From assembly GCF_009914755.1 (NCBI RefSeq), contig NC_060941.1: DNA of 64,000 nt. One strand, 5' to 3'. The DNA comes from the human T2T-CHM13v2.0 reference genome, Homo sapiens. Shown piece by piece: positions 26,673 through 48,862 of this stretch (its first letter is position 1; every line of letters starts with the position of its first letter). The notes under the pieces are model-generated. The model had not been told where the DNA came from. It saw only the letters and a list, made by a program, of their open reading frames with translations, and did not search any database. The position numbers and the translations under genes were made by a program.

Positions 26673-27256
26673 CACCATCACCATCCCCATACTCACCATC
26701 ACCATCCTCATTATCATCATCAGTCTCACCCTCACCATTCTCACCAGCATCAGCAGCAGCATCCTCACCATAACTATCAGTATCTATCACCACCTTCAGC
26801 ATACCATCCTCACCATCACCATCATCTTCATTACCACCACCATTTTCACCATCACCATCCTGACCATCACCATCATTATCACCTCATCACCATCCTTACC
26901 ATCACCATCACCATGCTCACCTTCACCATTCTCACCATTATCATCCTCATCCTCAGCATAACTATCACTATCATTATCACCACCTTCACCATCACCATCC
27001 TCATCATCATCACCTTACCATCACCATCCTTATCATCACCATCACCATGCTCACCTTCACCATTCTCACCATCATCATCATCATCCTCAGCATAACTATC
27101 ACTATCATCAGCACCTTCACCATCACCTTCCTCACCATCACCAACATTATCACCATCACTATCCTCATCATCATCCTCAACATAACTATCACTATCATTA
27201 TCACCACCTTCACCATCACCATCCTCACCATCATCATCATCATCACAACCACAATT
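26673..27256 (+). repeat. Degenerate (CAT/CAC)n array B with internal higher-order units
   Basis: Triplet periodicity; repeated CCTCA(A/G)CATAACTATCACTATCAT unit. Confidence 0.95.
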
Positions 27257-30200
27257 ATGAAAATCTTGGAGGAAAAGGAGAGGAGGTAGCATATTAAAAT
27301 ACAGGTACTTTGATGAGGAGGAACAGGCAGAGTTGAAGCTGGGGAGGGGATATCAAACAATGGAGACCCCCAGAACATAAAACTAAGAAGCTCAGGCTTT
27401 GCCGAGAATCAGAGGCATCCTTGAAGATTTATCAGCAGGAGAGTATGCAGTCAGATTCCTGTTTAGCCAGAACATTGAGCAGTCCTCAGAAGGAAGAAGC
27501 AGAGGGAGGGAGGCCCACAGAGGAGACAGAACCTTCAACACCAACCAGAGTCCTGGTCCTGGGTCCAGCAGATCTGGCAGGAATGAGGAATGGGAGGCTT
27601 ATGGGTAAAGGCTGCAGCCAGGCAGGAAAAGGCCTCACTCTCCCTGCCACTCCTTTCCCTGCTCCCCACTTTCCTGTCCCATCTTTGCTAATAGGCTAAG
27701 CATCTCCAACTGCACCCACCCACTAGATTTGCCTCAATTCCTCCTCCTCTCTCATGCCTGAGGCCCAGGTGGCTTCCAGAGCTGACCAGGTCTACTTTAG
27801 AATTTTAATGAGATAATCTGGGTAGAAGTGCTGGTGCCCTGCCAGCCACAGCAGGTACTCCTCATATGGTAAACTGGAACTGTCTTCTTAGTTCCTACAG
27901 CCTTGGGTTCAAATTCTGCCTAATCCAGATGACCACCATCTCTCACCTGAGCAGAGAAGCCTCCCATTGGTCTCGCTGTCCCAGACCTTCCTCTTTCCAG
28001 GTATCAGCCTGACAATTTTCTCAAACTGCAAACCTGGACATGTCCTTCCCTTGTCCCTTTGATTAAAGGGTAAGATCCAAATTCCTTAGCATGACACCCC
28101 AGGCACTGAGGAGCTAAGGCCCCTCCACTTCCACCTTGACTTGTTCCCCTCTAGTAGCATTGCTGACCCACTTGCCTTGTTCTTTCACCACATGGCTTTG
28201 ATCCTGTTGCTCTTCTGCCTGGAGCATCTTCCTACATCTTCTCTGCCTGGTGAATTTCTACTTAACCTACAAAGCCAAGCTCACCTTCTCTGTGAATTCT
28301 ACTTCCTCCCCATCATGCCGCAAATTGTCTCTCTCACTAGACCTCCAGCCCCTAAAAATCAGGGACAGCTTAATGCATGTTGGAAATGGCTACTCCTCAC
28401 TTAATTACCCTAATTAGCTAGTTATATTCCTTTATATTTATGTTTCCCCATTTATTGAAGCTTTCCACAAGCCAGGCACTGAGATCCAGGGGAGGACAGG
28501 GGAGGACCCTGAGGGTAGGACAAGCATGAGCACTGAAGGCTACAATGGCACAGGTACCAACAGATCATGTGGGGTGCAGGAAGCCTCATCTCTAGAGTGT
28601 CTTCCTGGTTTACCATACGCTTTCTTCCCTTCCCTTATTGGAGTCACCTTGTGCTGACTTTGATAGCCTGTGTCCCTGAAACATGCACTCCCACACACAC
28701 AAACCGACCCACACCTATCCACATGTACCTGCCCATACATACACAGACCTCTCTGTGTATCCCCCAGAGCTACAAATGCCAATCTTGAGAATGAAGATTT
28801 TGCAAGTGCTCTGTGCCAGGCATGATGCCAGGTCCCTGACAACAAAAGACCCCTCTGGTTTCTCCCACTCAGCTGTGCAAGGTTCGGGGTTGAGGAGCTC
28901 CCCCTGCCAAGGTCACAGACGTGGAACATGAGGTAACAGCTATTTGAATGTAAGCCTGTAGGTCACCAAAACATAAGCCATCTGCACCCCACCACACTGC
29001 CTCCAAAGCACATGAAGCCATGAGTCTATCAACTGTGACTCATTAGTAGCCAGGAATATTTCCTCCTCCACTTCGCTTCCCACTGCCACTCCAGTATCTC
29101 TGCCCACAGTCCCAGAGCCACCTCTGCTTAACGGGGAGGTCAGGACTGATGCTCCATTCCACCCAATGCCATCTCCCAGGGTGCAGCCTCCTCACAGGAA
29201 AGAGGACTACCGTGGCTAGTGGTGACATGGGTGGCTCTGGCCTCCAGGACTTCTCCCCGGGACCTCTGCTCAGGACATGGCACGGACAGAGGTGAGGTTG
29301 CCATAAAACTGCCTCGGAAATGACTACAAACCAGCTCAGACCATTCCAGCACCTAACACGCTGACAGCCCACGGTGGGCCCACAGAAGGGGAAGGGCTAG
29401 GGAGTCCAGGGCCACAAGAGTTCCCCCTCCCTGAGCCCTTGAGCACAGCCACCCAGGTGTAAAGAACAATATGGGGGTTCTGGGGATTCCCAAGCCTGGG
29501 CCCTAGAGGTGAGTTCTAGCAGGGCCCCCAGATATCCTCCCCATCCATCCCCTCATCCTGTCTCACATATTGTAAAAACAAGGAAACTGAGGCCTAGAGA
29601 GGGAAGGGGCTTGAGGAGTCTCCCAGGCAGTTAGAGACAGAGCCCAAGTGAGAATCTGTGTTTCTCTCATTTTTTTCCCCTAGGTCTGTCTCTGACTAGC
29701 TATGTGACCTTGGAAGAGGCACTCCACCTCTCTGGGCATTGAAGGTTTACAACTTCTGACATGTTCATTCCAGAGGGTTGTCAGGACCTGACAGCCCTTC
29801 ACCTAAACAAAACACTCTACAGTCTACTAATATTCGTATATCTCTTATCTTCTCTGACTTCTGTAATACCCCTATGAGGCTGTGAAAATTGGTGCTTGTG
29901 TCAGAAAGACAAAGATCACGCAGAAAATTTGGGACAGGACTGGAACTAGAACCCAGGTCTCTCAAAGCAGGGTCCTTGCCATCACTAAGGCTAGGAATAC
30001 ATTAAGACTCCAAAATATGGAGAGTTGCTCAATGCATGCCACCAAGGTTAGAGCTGACCAACCCCAGAATGCTCAGCGGCTCTGAGACCCTGGAGTGGAG
30101 GACTCAAGGCAGAGGGTGATGCCGAAATCACACACATCTGAGCTCCAATCCAAACTCCACTACACAGCTGTGTGACCCCACTTTATGAGGCTCAGCATTC

Positions 30201-30409
30201 TCTAGTACAAAATGAAACTACAGAAGGTACCAAAAAGCTCAGGATGAGGGGAGAACTGCACCCTGAATGCAGGACTGCCAGGCAGGTGGTAAGCACTCAT
30301 TAGCTTCTGTTTCAAGCACACAAATCATATGTTGTTTTTCATCATGTCTCCCCATGGTGTCTGGTCTATGGCTCCAGAACCAGGAGGCTTCTGATCAATC
30401 CTTATGCTA

Positions 30410-30535
30410 AATGATAGACAGATAGATGGGTGGGTGGTTAGACAAATAAATGGATGGATGCATGGATTGATAGATTGATGCTGGGATGAATGGATGGATG
30501 AATAGATGGATGAATGGATAAATGAATGGATAGGT
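30410..30535 (+). repeat. (GGAT/GAAT)n microsatellite
   Basis: Visible tetranucleotide repeat. Confidence 0.85.
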
Positions 30536-30664
30536 GCTCAGAAGACAGAATAAAACAGGGATTCAAAATGAAAATAAAAAGATGATTGAAGGATGGGGCT
30601 GATACATGGAAGAGAGGTACAAGATCCAGCCCTTCTGGCTCTATTCAGCCCTACAACCACATAC

Positions 30665-30849
30665 CTTGGGGTAGCACTGGCACATGCTCCAGATTATACC
30701 CCTGGATACCATGATGCTGCCGCAGAAGGTTTCATTGAACTGGGGCCCATCATGGCTCAGGAGGAATGTACTGAGAGCCAGGAGAAGACTCATACATTGA
30801 AGCTGAAGCAGAAGGTCTTCTCGTCTGCCAAAGTCTCCTCACCTGCTAT
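30665..30849 (-). pseudogene. BSNDP: BSND exon 1 remnant (start codon lost, frameshifted)
   Basis: [54 protein letters not shown]|gtatgt versus barttin [59 protein letters not shown]. Confidence 0.93.
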
Positions 30850-32410
30850 GGCTGCCAGCCAGGCCCTGGCCTGTGCACCCCTGCCAGAAGGGGCCTGTGC
30901 CATCCAACATAAACATCCAGACAGGCTCACAGGAAGAGATGAAGCTCTTGGATCACTGCAAATCAAGGCTTAAAGTTAAAGGGAGGGCAAGACCCCTTCA
31001 GCTCCAGGCCCATTCCCTGGACCCACCAGTGCAGCAGGGCTGAAGGCAGCATGCTTCGGTGGACCAGTGAACCCACTCCCCATCCTCTCTCCTTCCCTTG
31101 GGGCCCAGAAGGCCTGGAGTACATGTGTGAACATGGGTGAGGGAGCATGCAAGGGAGGAACAAGGGGAGGTTACAGGGGCTGGGCCCCAGGCAAGCCTGT
31201 GACAAAACCTTCTTTGCCTACTTTGGGGCTGAACTGAGTAAACAGCTGATCCCACACCTTCTAGCCCCGGGAAACAGGGTACAACTCTGCAGCCAAAATA
31301 TGTTAGAATGCTGCCAGAGGATTTCAGGATCCCACTGCCAGGCATTTCAGGATCCTAGATTTTAGACCCTTCAAGGATATGTGTCCATCTGGGATTCAGG
31401 CATGATGGCCCATATGTAGTGGATGGTGATGATGGGCATGACATCATTCTAAGCATGTTACAGCTGTTAACTCACTTAAGGGACTGCATGAGGCAGGTAT
31501 TGCTACACCCACTATGCAGAGGACACTGAGCACAGACAACTAAGTTGCCCAAGGTCACACAGCTGGAAATGGTAGAGAAGCTGGAACGTGAACCCAGAAG
31601 CTGTGCCCCTGGCCACAGGGCAATCCTGCTTAATAGCAGCACAAGGTTATGGGTGAGAGCTCTGATGGCAAGGCAGGCTGCCTGGGTTTAGATCCTGGCT
31701 CCTGTACTGCGGGGCAGCGTGGTCTTGATCACATTACCTGCCTGTGTCTGTTTCCTCCTCTGTAAAATGGGGATAATAACGGTACCTCCCAGCATTGGCG
31801 CTGTCTCCAGGCCTAGGTGTCCTGGATCCTTCTGCCCCCTTTACACTCTGTGCAGCATCCAGACCTGCTTGTAATGAGCTCCTCTACTCCCCCACCAAAG
31901 CTCTGGTGAATTAATGTCCCTGTGGGGTATAAGTGACTGATAGTAACTTCCTCAATCTCCTTGCAGCCTAATCTAAGAAGATGCCTTCTAAAGAATAGCA
32001 TTCTAATGTGAAATTTTTGTCCTGTGAAAGGCTAATGGGAGAAATCAGATTCCTTTGCAAGGTTACAGAAAAAACAGGACAATGAGTATCTCTAAGAGAG
32101 AATGCTCACTTTGAGTGTCGATGGGGTTAGGTGGCCAATACAGGATGAAAGGCTTTCATTTGGCTCCCTGACCTGCTGGATTTGGGGATTTCCCTGGACC
32201 TGGTCATTACCTCTTTCCTCCTGCCCAGCATGTGCTCACACCAGCCCCTCTGCCTCATAGTCCTTCCCACAGGCCTTTTTTCTTACATTTTTTTAGAGAA
32301 GGTAAGCTCAGAGGGACTTTTAATATGCCAATCGATGTTAAGAAAACACAAGCCAAAGACAAGTGCAAACATGCTTTCAACCAACATTAATGAGGAAACA
32401 AGACACAAAT

Positions 32411-32715
32411 TCTTTTTCTTTTTATATTTTATTTTTGAGATGGAATCTCACTCTGTCGCTCAAGCTGGAGTGCAGTGGCGTGATCTCCACTCACCACAAG
32501 CTTCTCCTTCTGGGTTCACGCCATTCTCCTGCCTCAGACTCCTGAGTAGCTGGGACTACAGGCGCCTGCAACCACGCCCAGCTAATTTTTTGTATTATGG
32601 TAAAGATGGGGTTTCACCGTGTTAGCCAGGATGGTCTCGATCTCCTGACCTTGTGATATGCCTGCCTCAGCCTCCCAAAGTGCTGGGATTACAGCTTGAG
32701 CCACTGAGCCTGGCC
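32411..32715 (-). mobile_element. AluSc/Y-type, at a GC-to-AT compositional boundary
   Basis: Full antisense Alu with GGGTTCACGCCATTCTCCTGCC diagnostic. Confidence 0.9.
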
Positions 32716-33149
32716 CTGTTTGTTCTTTTACTTTAACTTTACAATGTATTTGCCATGTTTTAAAAATAAATTTAATTGGAATTTTATTGAAATTGTATGA
32801 GACATGATTTAGTCCAAGATGAACACACAACATTATTATTACTGTTTCCATCCAGCTATGGCATATTTCTCTAGTTGTCTTTTATATCGCTCAATAAAAT
32901 TTGTGGCTCTGCTACACTTCCTAATAATCATACATTATATTTCATTATTTCTAATTATTATAATGGATTGCATGTACATTTACTATGTACCATATATTAT
33001 GCAATATATTCATTATCTCAATTCATAAAACAATCATGTGATTTAGTTGGTGTTATTACTAGATTATTAACATTGTACAAGTAAAGAAAATAAAGACAAA
33101 AGAAAAGAGACTCAGCAAAATCAAACCAATAAAGACTTCATTAGAATTG

Positions 33150-33965
33150 TTGGGTATATAATAAAAATTTAATACAACTCAATGAAAGCAAAAAAACATT
33201 TTAAAAAATGACCAGGCAGATTTGAGAAGGAGCCAAACAGAAATTCCAGAAATAAAAACATAATTGTTGAAATTGAAGACAGATTTGACAGCAGATTACA
33301 TATAATTGAAAAGGAAGATGCAAACTGGAAGACAGGCTGAAGAAATTGCTTAGAATGAAGCCCAAAGAAGTAAAAAAATAAGAAAGAAACAAGAGACATG
33401 GAAGACAAGAGTGATATTACAACTAACAGGATTTCATAAGTAGAACAATAAACCGTTAGAAAGGTTTTGTAAAAAAGATAATGGCTTGGAATTTTCCCAA
33501 AGTGATGAAAAACTCCACCCTTCATATTCAGGAAGCTCAAGTTGGACAGATTTAAAAGGCGAAAAAAAACACCTAAATGTATCATCATAAAAATAATGGA
33601 ACCCTGAAGAAAAGAATATATTGAAAATAAGCAGAGAGAACATTCAGTTTATCCATGAAAGAATACGGACTTAGACCAAGAGCTAATGTCTTAAAAATGG
33701 AAGCAAGAAGACAATGTACTAAGAAAAAACAATCACATATGAAATTAATATATCTTTTAATAAACAGGCCAAATATAAGACAATATTTAAGTCATAAAAA
33801 ACAAACAAATACTGAATTTGCTAACTAAGAGACCTTCACTAAAGGAAATTCTAAGAGATGTTCTTCAGTAGAAGGGTGTTCCTCTAGATGGAAGACTTGA
33901 GTTGTGAGAAGAAATGGTGAGCACTTAAGAAGACAAATATCTGAGTAAATATAAATGAACACTGA
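33150..33965 (+). mobile_element. Old L1M ORF1-region fragment
   Basis: A-rich ORF1-like motifs (GAAATTCCAGAAATAAAAA, AACTGGAAGACAG, ATTCAGGAAGCTCAA). Confidence 0.65.
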
Positions 33966-34117
33966 CTATACAATATGTAGTTTCCAGTGGATTAAGAATA
34001 AGATGAGAAGCAAAACTATAAAACTTCTACAAATAATACAGTAAAACTACCTTAATAAACCCCAGTGGGTTTTCATATAAAACCTAAACAAATTCTGTTC
34101 ACCAGAAAAACACTATC

Positions 34118-36005
<1,888 letters not shown>

Positions 36006-36044
36006 AACACACATTCTTAGAATATTATAAGCAAAGACTTTTAC

Positions 36045-36227
36045 TTGTTTCTTTTTCAGTTTAAGGATCTGCTGTTCTACTTTTGCAATTTCTCGATTTA
36101 TACGATCCATACTCTGTATTAACTCTTCCTTTGAAAGTTTTGAAGGTGAAGCATTTTGATCATCTCCACATGGTTGCCCCGAAATTGGAGAGGATGGAGC
36201 TTCATGTTTGCCTCCAAATGTTGGATA
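36045..36227 (-). pseudogene. NCOR1P: NCOR1 exon 5 copy (GPS2-interacting coiled-coil region)
   Basis: ag|YPTFGGKHEAPSSPISGQPCGDDQNASPSKLSKEELIQSMDRINREIAKVEQQILKLKKKQ|gtaaaa; 183 nt, no stop. Confidence 0.96.
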
Positions 36228-37459
36228 CTTTAGAGAATAAAACCAAGAAAAACAATTTATTTCTCACTAATAGAGTCCAGATTGCCTTAAATGAAAAAGC
36301 CAGTTTTAAACCACAGCAGAACCATGTGTACTATGTGTCTAATGTTTAGTAGTAACTTTCATATTTATATATATGCAAATTCTCACCTCACTTTTGTAGT
36401 TTAGATATACCATGTACTATTTTGAAGAGCCTAAAAGCTATACAAAGTCAGGTGAGTTAGTGTTGATCAGCCTCTAGTGTAACGATACTGAAATTATAAA
36501 GAATTTATAGGTAAATAATGCAATCATGACAAAGGAAGATACCAACTTCTCAGCCATTTCCTTGCAATGGCTCTTCAAATGGTCTGAACAACTGGCTGGG
36601 AAATAGTATTATTCCAGGTAACACCTATGTGTCCACCCAACTTAACAACTATAACACAGCCAAGTGTTCCTATCAAAAGTTTTCAGGCTTCCCAAACCAA
36701 AACTGAGGTACACGAGTCAGAGAAGTGACCTAGGAACTTCAGTTGCTACTATCTCTGGGCCTACTTTCATAAAGCCCACACTACAGCATACGTAACACTT
36801 CCTTAGCCAAAAACATCCCATTGCGCCTCCAAATCAGCAGAGCTGTAGCAGAATGAAAGCCCTTTCACCCAAAATCCACTACCCTCCAGCACACATCCAC
36901 ACACACCCTATTAATTTCCAGTCTGCTGTAAAGACATAAGCAATATTATAAAACAGATAAATTTTAGAGTACTAATTTTACTTAGACTATGAGAAACCTA
37001 CAATGAGGGTAGTTCACAGGATTAAAGAACCCTAAAATGTATTAAATAATGATTAAGGAACTGTGAAAAGTCAATAGTTCTGAGCCAAGAATGCATACAG
37101 GAGATAACTGGACAGTTGCTTCAAAACACCTTAGTACAGATATTTCAGCTAATATACATTGATGAAAAGCCTCATATTCTGTAATAGTATGCACTGAATC
37201 TAAGAGGCCTTCTGGGAAAATAAGATTAAGGCTATACCTTAAAACCTGTACAATTCTGTAAGGAAAGCACCAATAAAAGCAATAACAATTCTAATAGACT
37301 TAATAAAGTTAAAGCTCCAGTATCCTTTGCATCTGGCATACAGTCAATCTTTGGCAGCTTTAAGCCCTACAGTTTATGATTCCTCTCTTAAGATATAAAT
37401 CCGTGAGGTCATTGGCTTCCAAAATAAACCAGTATGTTTCATCTAAATAAAATATCAGT

Positions 37460-43610
<6,151 letters not shown>

Positions 43611-44541
43611 ATTTTATGAAAAAAACACCAGCAACAATAATCCGGAAAATTGGTAATCAGATGAATAACACTGGTGTAGGAGGGGGACAACACAAGCAAA
43701 ATTCAACATCCAATCATGACAGAAATTCTCAAACTAGGAACAGAAAGCAACCTCTTCAACCAAAAAAAGAATCAACAAAAACGTGCAACTAACATTACAC
43801 GTAATGGTAAAAGACTAAATGCCTCCCTACACAGGAACAACGTTAAGAATGCCCATTCTAACTCTGTAATCATGACTACACTTCAAAGGAGTCCTCAGTA
43901 GGACCCTGTAGTACATTCTGATGACAAATCTGCTTTCTGAGTCTCTGAGATGACCGTTTTATCCCATCCTTTCCTATTTTTCTTTAAACCTCTTACACCC
44001 ATATCCTTGGTCTACCCTGAGATGATTATTTCACCTCATACTTTATTTTTCACAAGGTAAATCAATCTCTTACAAACTCTTCCTATGATAAAGTCTTCCT
44101 TCCTATCTACCATCCCTTCCTTCCTTCCTACCTACTATACAAATCTTCGTACCATCAATCTCTCAAGAAGACAGAGGTCTTTATCCTGGCCATCACTCAA
44201 GACATGCCAAGTTATCTGGCCAGCTTAAAACTCAACCACAACTTGAGAGTATAAATATAGGTCTTACCCTAGAAATTCTAGAGAATTGATAAGTTTTCTA
44301 TTTATCATCAACTCCTGTCATCAAAAGCAAAGACAAGTTCAACTCCTGAAATTGGCATAAAGCCACAGTAAGAAGACAGAAGTAATTAATTCCCAACCTT
44401 TGGTTCCTCGTCTTTGTAAATAGCTCTTGCCACTTAAAAAAAAAGGTAAATTTGGTGGTTTCTACCAACATGTGTATTAAATAGGAAAAGCAAAGAAAAA
44501 CACAAAAAACACGTGCAATTTGCATAGTATTTGTTCCTTAC

Positions 44542-44719
44542 CTGCTGGTGGCAGGTGCTGGGAAACGTATACTTTACAGAGTGAGGAGGATAATGACTTT
44601 GTTCTGTGCTGAATGCTCCTTGGTTGGGAGGGTAACATGAACTTGACATTATCAGTAAAGAAGTCCTCACCAGACTGTGAGATCAATGCCAATAAACAAT
44701 CATGTTTCTAGGAAACCAC
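44542..44719 (-). pseudogene. NCOR1P: NCOR1 exon 2 copy (ATG at 44649)
   Basis: cag|GTGG...ATG MSSSCYPPNQGAFSTEQSHYPPHSVKYTFPSTCHQQ|gtaagg versus NCOR1 MSSSGYPPNQGAFSTEQSRYPPHSVQYTFPNTRHQQ. Confidence 0.96.
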
Positions 44720-45215
44720 CTGAACAGGATGGGAAAAAAATAGAATTAATAAGAACTAAAACACCAAGTGTACTTCTAATAAATTATAACTATAGCTACA
44801 TAAATAAAACCACAATTACCAGTAAAAGCTTCCTCTCAAGTATTTACTTAATAAAAGTTACCAAGGTTTGAAAACATTAATGCGTCATTTCTTTTTATAT
44901 TTAAAATAGGTTAATATGTGACAAATAATATAATTAGCTATATAAAGTAAAAACAGTATATAAAAACAGCATAATATCTGGCACATAGTAACTGCTCAGT
45001 AAATAACTTTCTATAAATGTCTGAGGAATATAAAGACAAAAATACATGGTTTTAAATTTGGGAGTTGATAAGTCAATCGTGAAAATAATTCAAGAGTAGT
45101 TTTAAGGTAAGCATTTGTGCAGAGGAAGTATTGTCTTTATTAAATAATTCTGAAGCAAGGATGGTAAAATACTAAGTTTTGTAATCACAGATGGTAGGTA
45201 GATGGACATTTGTTA

Positions 45216-45663
<448 letters not shown>

Positions 45664-46711
45664 TCAAATTACTCTAGTATTATGAGGTTTCATATCCAGC
45701 AGGGCAAGTTTCACCTCACTGGGCTTTGTTGTTGCTGCTACTTTCACCACCTTCCCAGCTATTCTAGCACATTTCCTCTTACACACAAGCATCACAGTCA
45801 GCTTGTCAGGTCCCAGAGAAATTCTGGATGAGAACACATAAATATTGAATTCACAGACTGACTAATGGGAGAACAGGTACCCTTGTACTCCTGAGTATTC
45901 CCATCCTAAAACATGATTATCTATGTTTATGTTTCAGGATAACACAAATATTTATGTTATACATAATATGGGAGTATTTTACATACATATGGTAGAGAAT
46001 ATTACATATGTATAAAAATGTGTGCCATAATATATAATTTCTATCTTAATTATGTATAAAACTCCCATGACAAAAATTTTATATACACATATGCACATGT
46101 GCATGTATGTACATACACTCTTACTTTAAGACTGGAGTTCTATTATTACTTAATTGGGTGGTTTTAAAAAAATAGAATTTAAATATAAGATGAAAATTAT
46201 ATAATTGTATACATAAAAATATAACAGATGTAATTTTATATATATAAAATCTCCACCCATTTAATACTTTATTATGAAAGTTTTAATTTTCTTTCCATCA
46301 TTTCAATGTATTTGGGAAGAGGGCAAATTCAAAAAATAATTCAGTATGACAAATTGATCAATTTCCCAGTTTTTATCAGTATATTTTTTATCAAGTTAGG
46401 TTTAGAAAATAAAATTTTCTAGGGAATTGTCATTCAATCTAACTTTAAAACAAAACTTACAGGCTGGCCACAGTGGCTCACATCTGTAATCCCAGCACTT
46501 TGGGAAGTCAAGATCGGAGGATCTCTTAAGGCCAGGTGTTCAAGGCCAGCCTGGGCAATGAAGCCAGACCTATCTCTACAAGAAAATTAAAATAATAATA
46601 ATAATAATTAGTTAGGCGGCCAGGTGTGGTGGCTCATGCCTATAATCCCAGCACTTTGGGAGGCCGAGGCGGGCGGATCGCGAGGTCAGGAGATCAAGAC
46701 CATCCTGGCTA

Positions 46712-46927
<216 letters not shown>

Positions 46928-46930
46928 TTA

Positions 46931-47125
<195 letters not shown>

Positions 47126-47175
47126 TCATGCACTTTAGGAGGCCAACGTGGGCAGATCACGAAGTCAGGAGTTCA

Positions 47176-47403
<228 letters not shown>

Positions 47404-48520
47404 TTAAAAACTGCATGTGGTACCATGTAATATATAAATATTTTAAATAAATATATCATCCTTTCTCCTGATGTCACGTTTCCTGCTGTTGTGAAAGCTG
47501 ACCAGGAGAAGAGTCAGAAGACTGACCAGCTGTCCCTCAGTCTGTTTTCTCCTTGCTCCCTTCCAAGGCCCAAGGCATGGAGGTCAGCAAATCTTAAGGA
47601 TTGGAAGGTTGAGATTACCCAACTAACACTGATTTGACAGGTGAGAAACGTGAAGATCAGAGAAAGTCAATAATTCCTCCAGTATCACAAAATTGTCTGT
47701 GGCAAAATGGGAAAAACTAATGTTTTCTGCAATGCTTTGTGGCTTTCTCAGCAAGTAGTGAACTAGGAGGAGCTGAGATGTTCCGTGAGACCAGACATTA
47801 AAACCACCTGAGGAGCTTTCTCCTCATCTATACATCTGCAACTGCTCCAGGTGGAAAGGGAAAAGCCAACATGTGGCATTGTGGGGAGGGTTGATTTTTT
47901 TAGAAATAAACATTATATGCAGGACTTAAGAGTTTTTAAAAGTACCACAGAATACAAAGTGAAAAATCTCCTCGCCCTTCTCCTCCAGCTGCTACCCAGT
48001 TACCCTCCCAGAAGGCAACCAAAGTTACTAGTTTCTAGAGTGTCCTTTAGAAATATCCTACACATACATACACTCACACTTTTTCCCCTATGTAAATGGT
48101 GGCATACTAGAAACACACTGTTCTGTATCTTGCTTTTATTACTTAATACATCTTGGTTGGCCTGGCGCGGTGGCTCACACCTGTAATCCCAGCACTTTGG
48201 GAGGCTGAGGCGGGTGGATCATGAGGTCAGGAGATCAAGATCATCCTGGCTAACACAGTGAAACCCCGTCTCTATTAAAAATACAAAAAAGTTAGCCAGG
48301 CATGGTGGCGGGTGCCTGTAGTCCCAGCTACTCAGGAGGCTGAGGTGGGGAGAATGGCATGAACCCAGGAGGCAGAGCTTGCAGTGAGCCGAGATCACAT
48401 CACCAACCTCCAGCCTGGGCGACAGAGGGAGACTCCGTCCCCCCAACAACAAAAAAATACATCTTGGCAATTATTCTCATGCAACTTTGGTTCTTTCTAT
48501 TGCTAAAGAGTATTTCACTA

Positions 48521-48862
<342 letters not shown>

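Larger units (their letters stand above)
9476..30849 (-). pseudogene. BSNDP: Unprocessed barttin (BSND) pseudogene; exons 1 and 4 recognisable, exons 2-3 not found, interrupted by ~11 kb of unrelated DNA
   Basis: Two exon remnants translate to the barttin N- and C-termini, with frameshifts and stops and splice sites at the native positions. Confidence 0.88.

Noticed and set aside
27405-27445. Faint resemblance to BSND exon 2
   Set aside because: Too short and weak; no reading-frame or splice support
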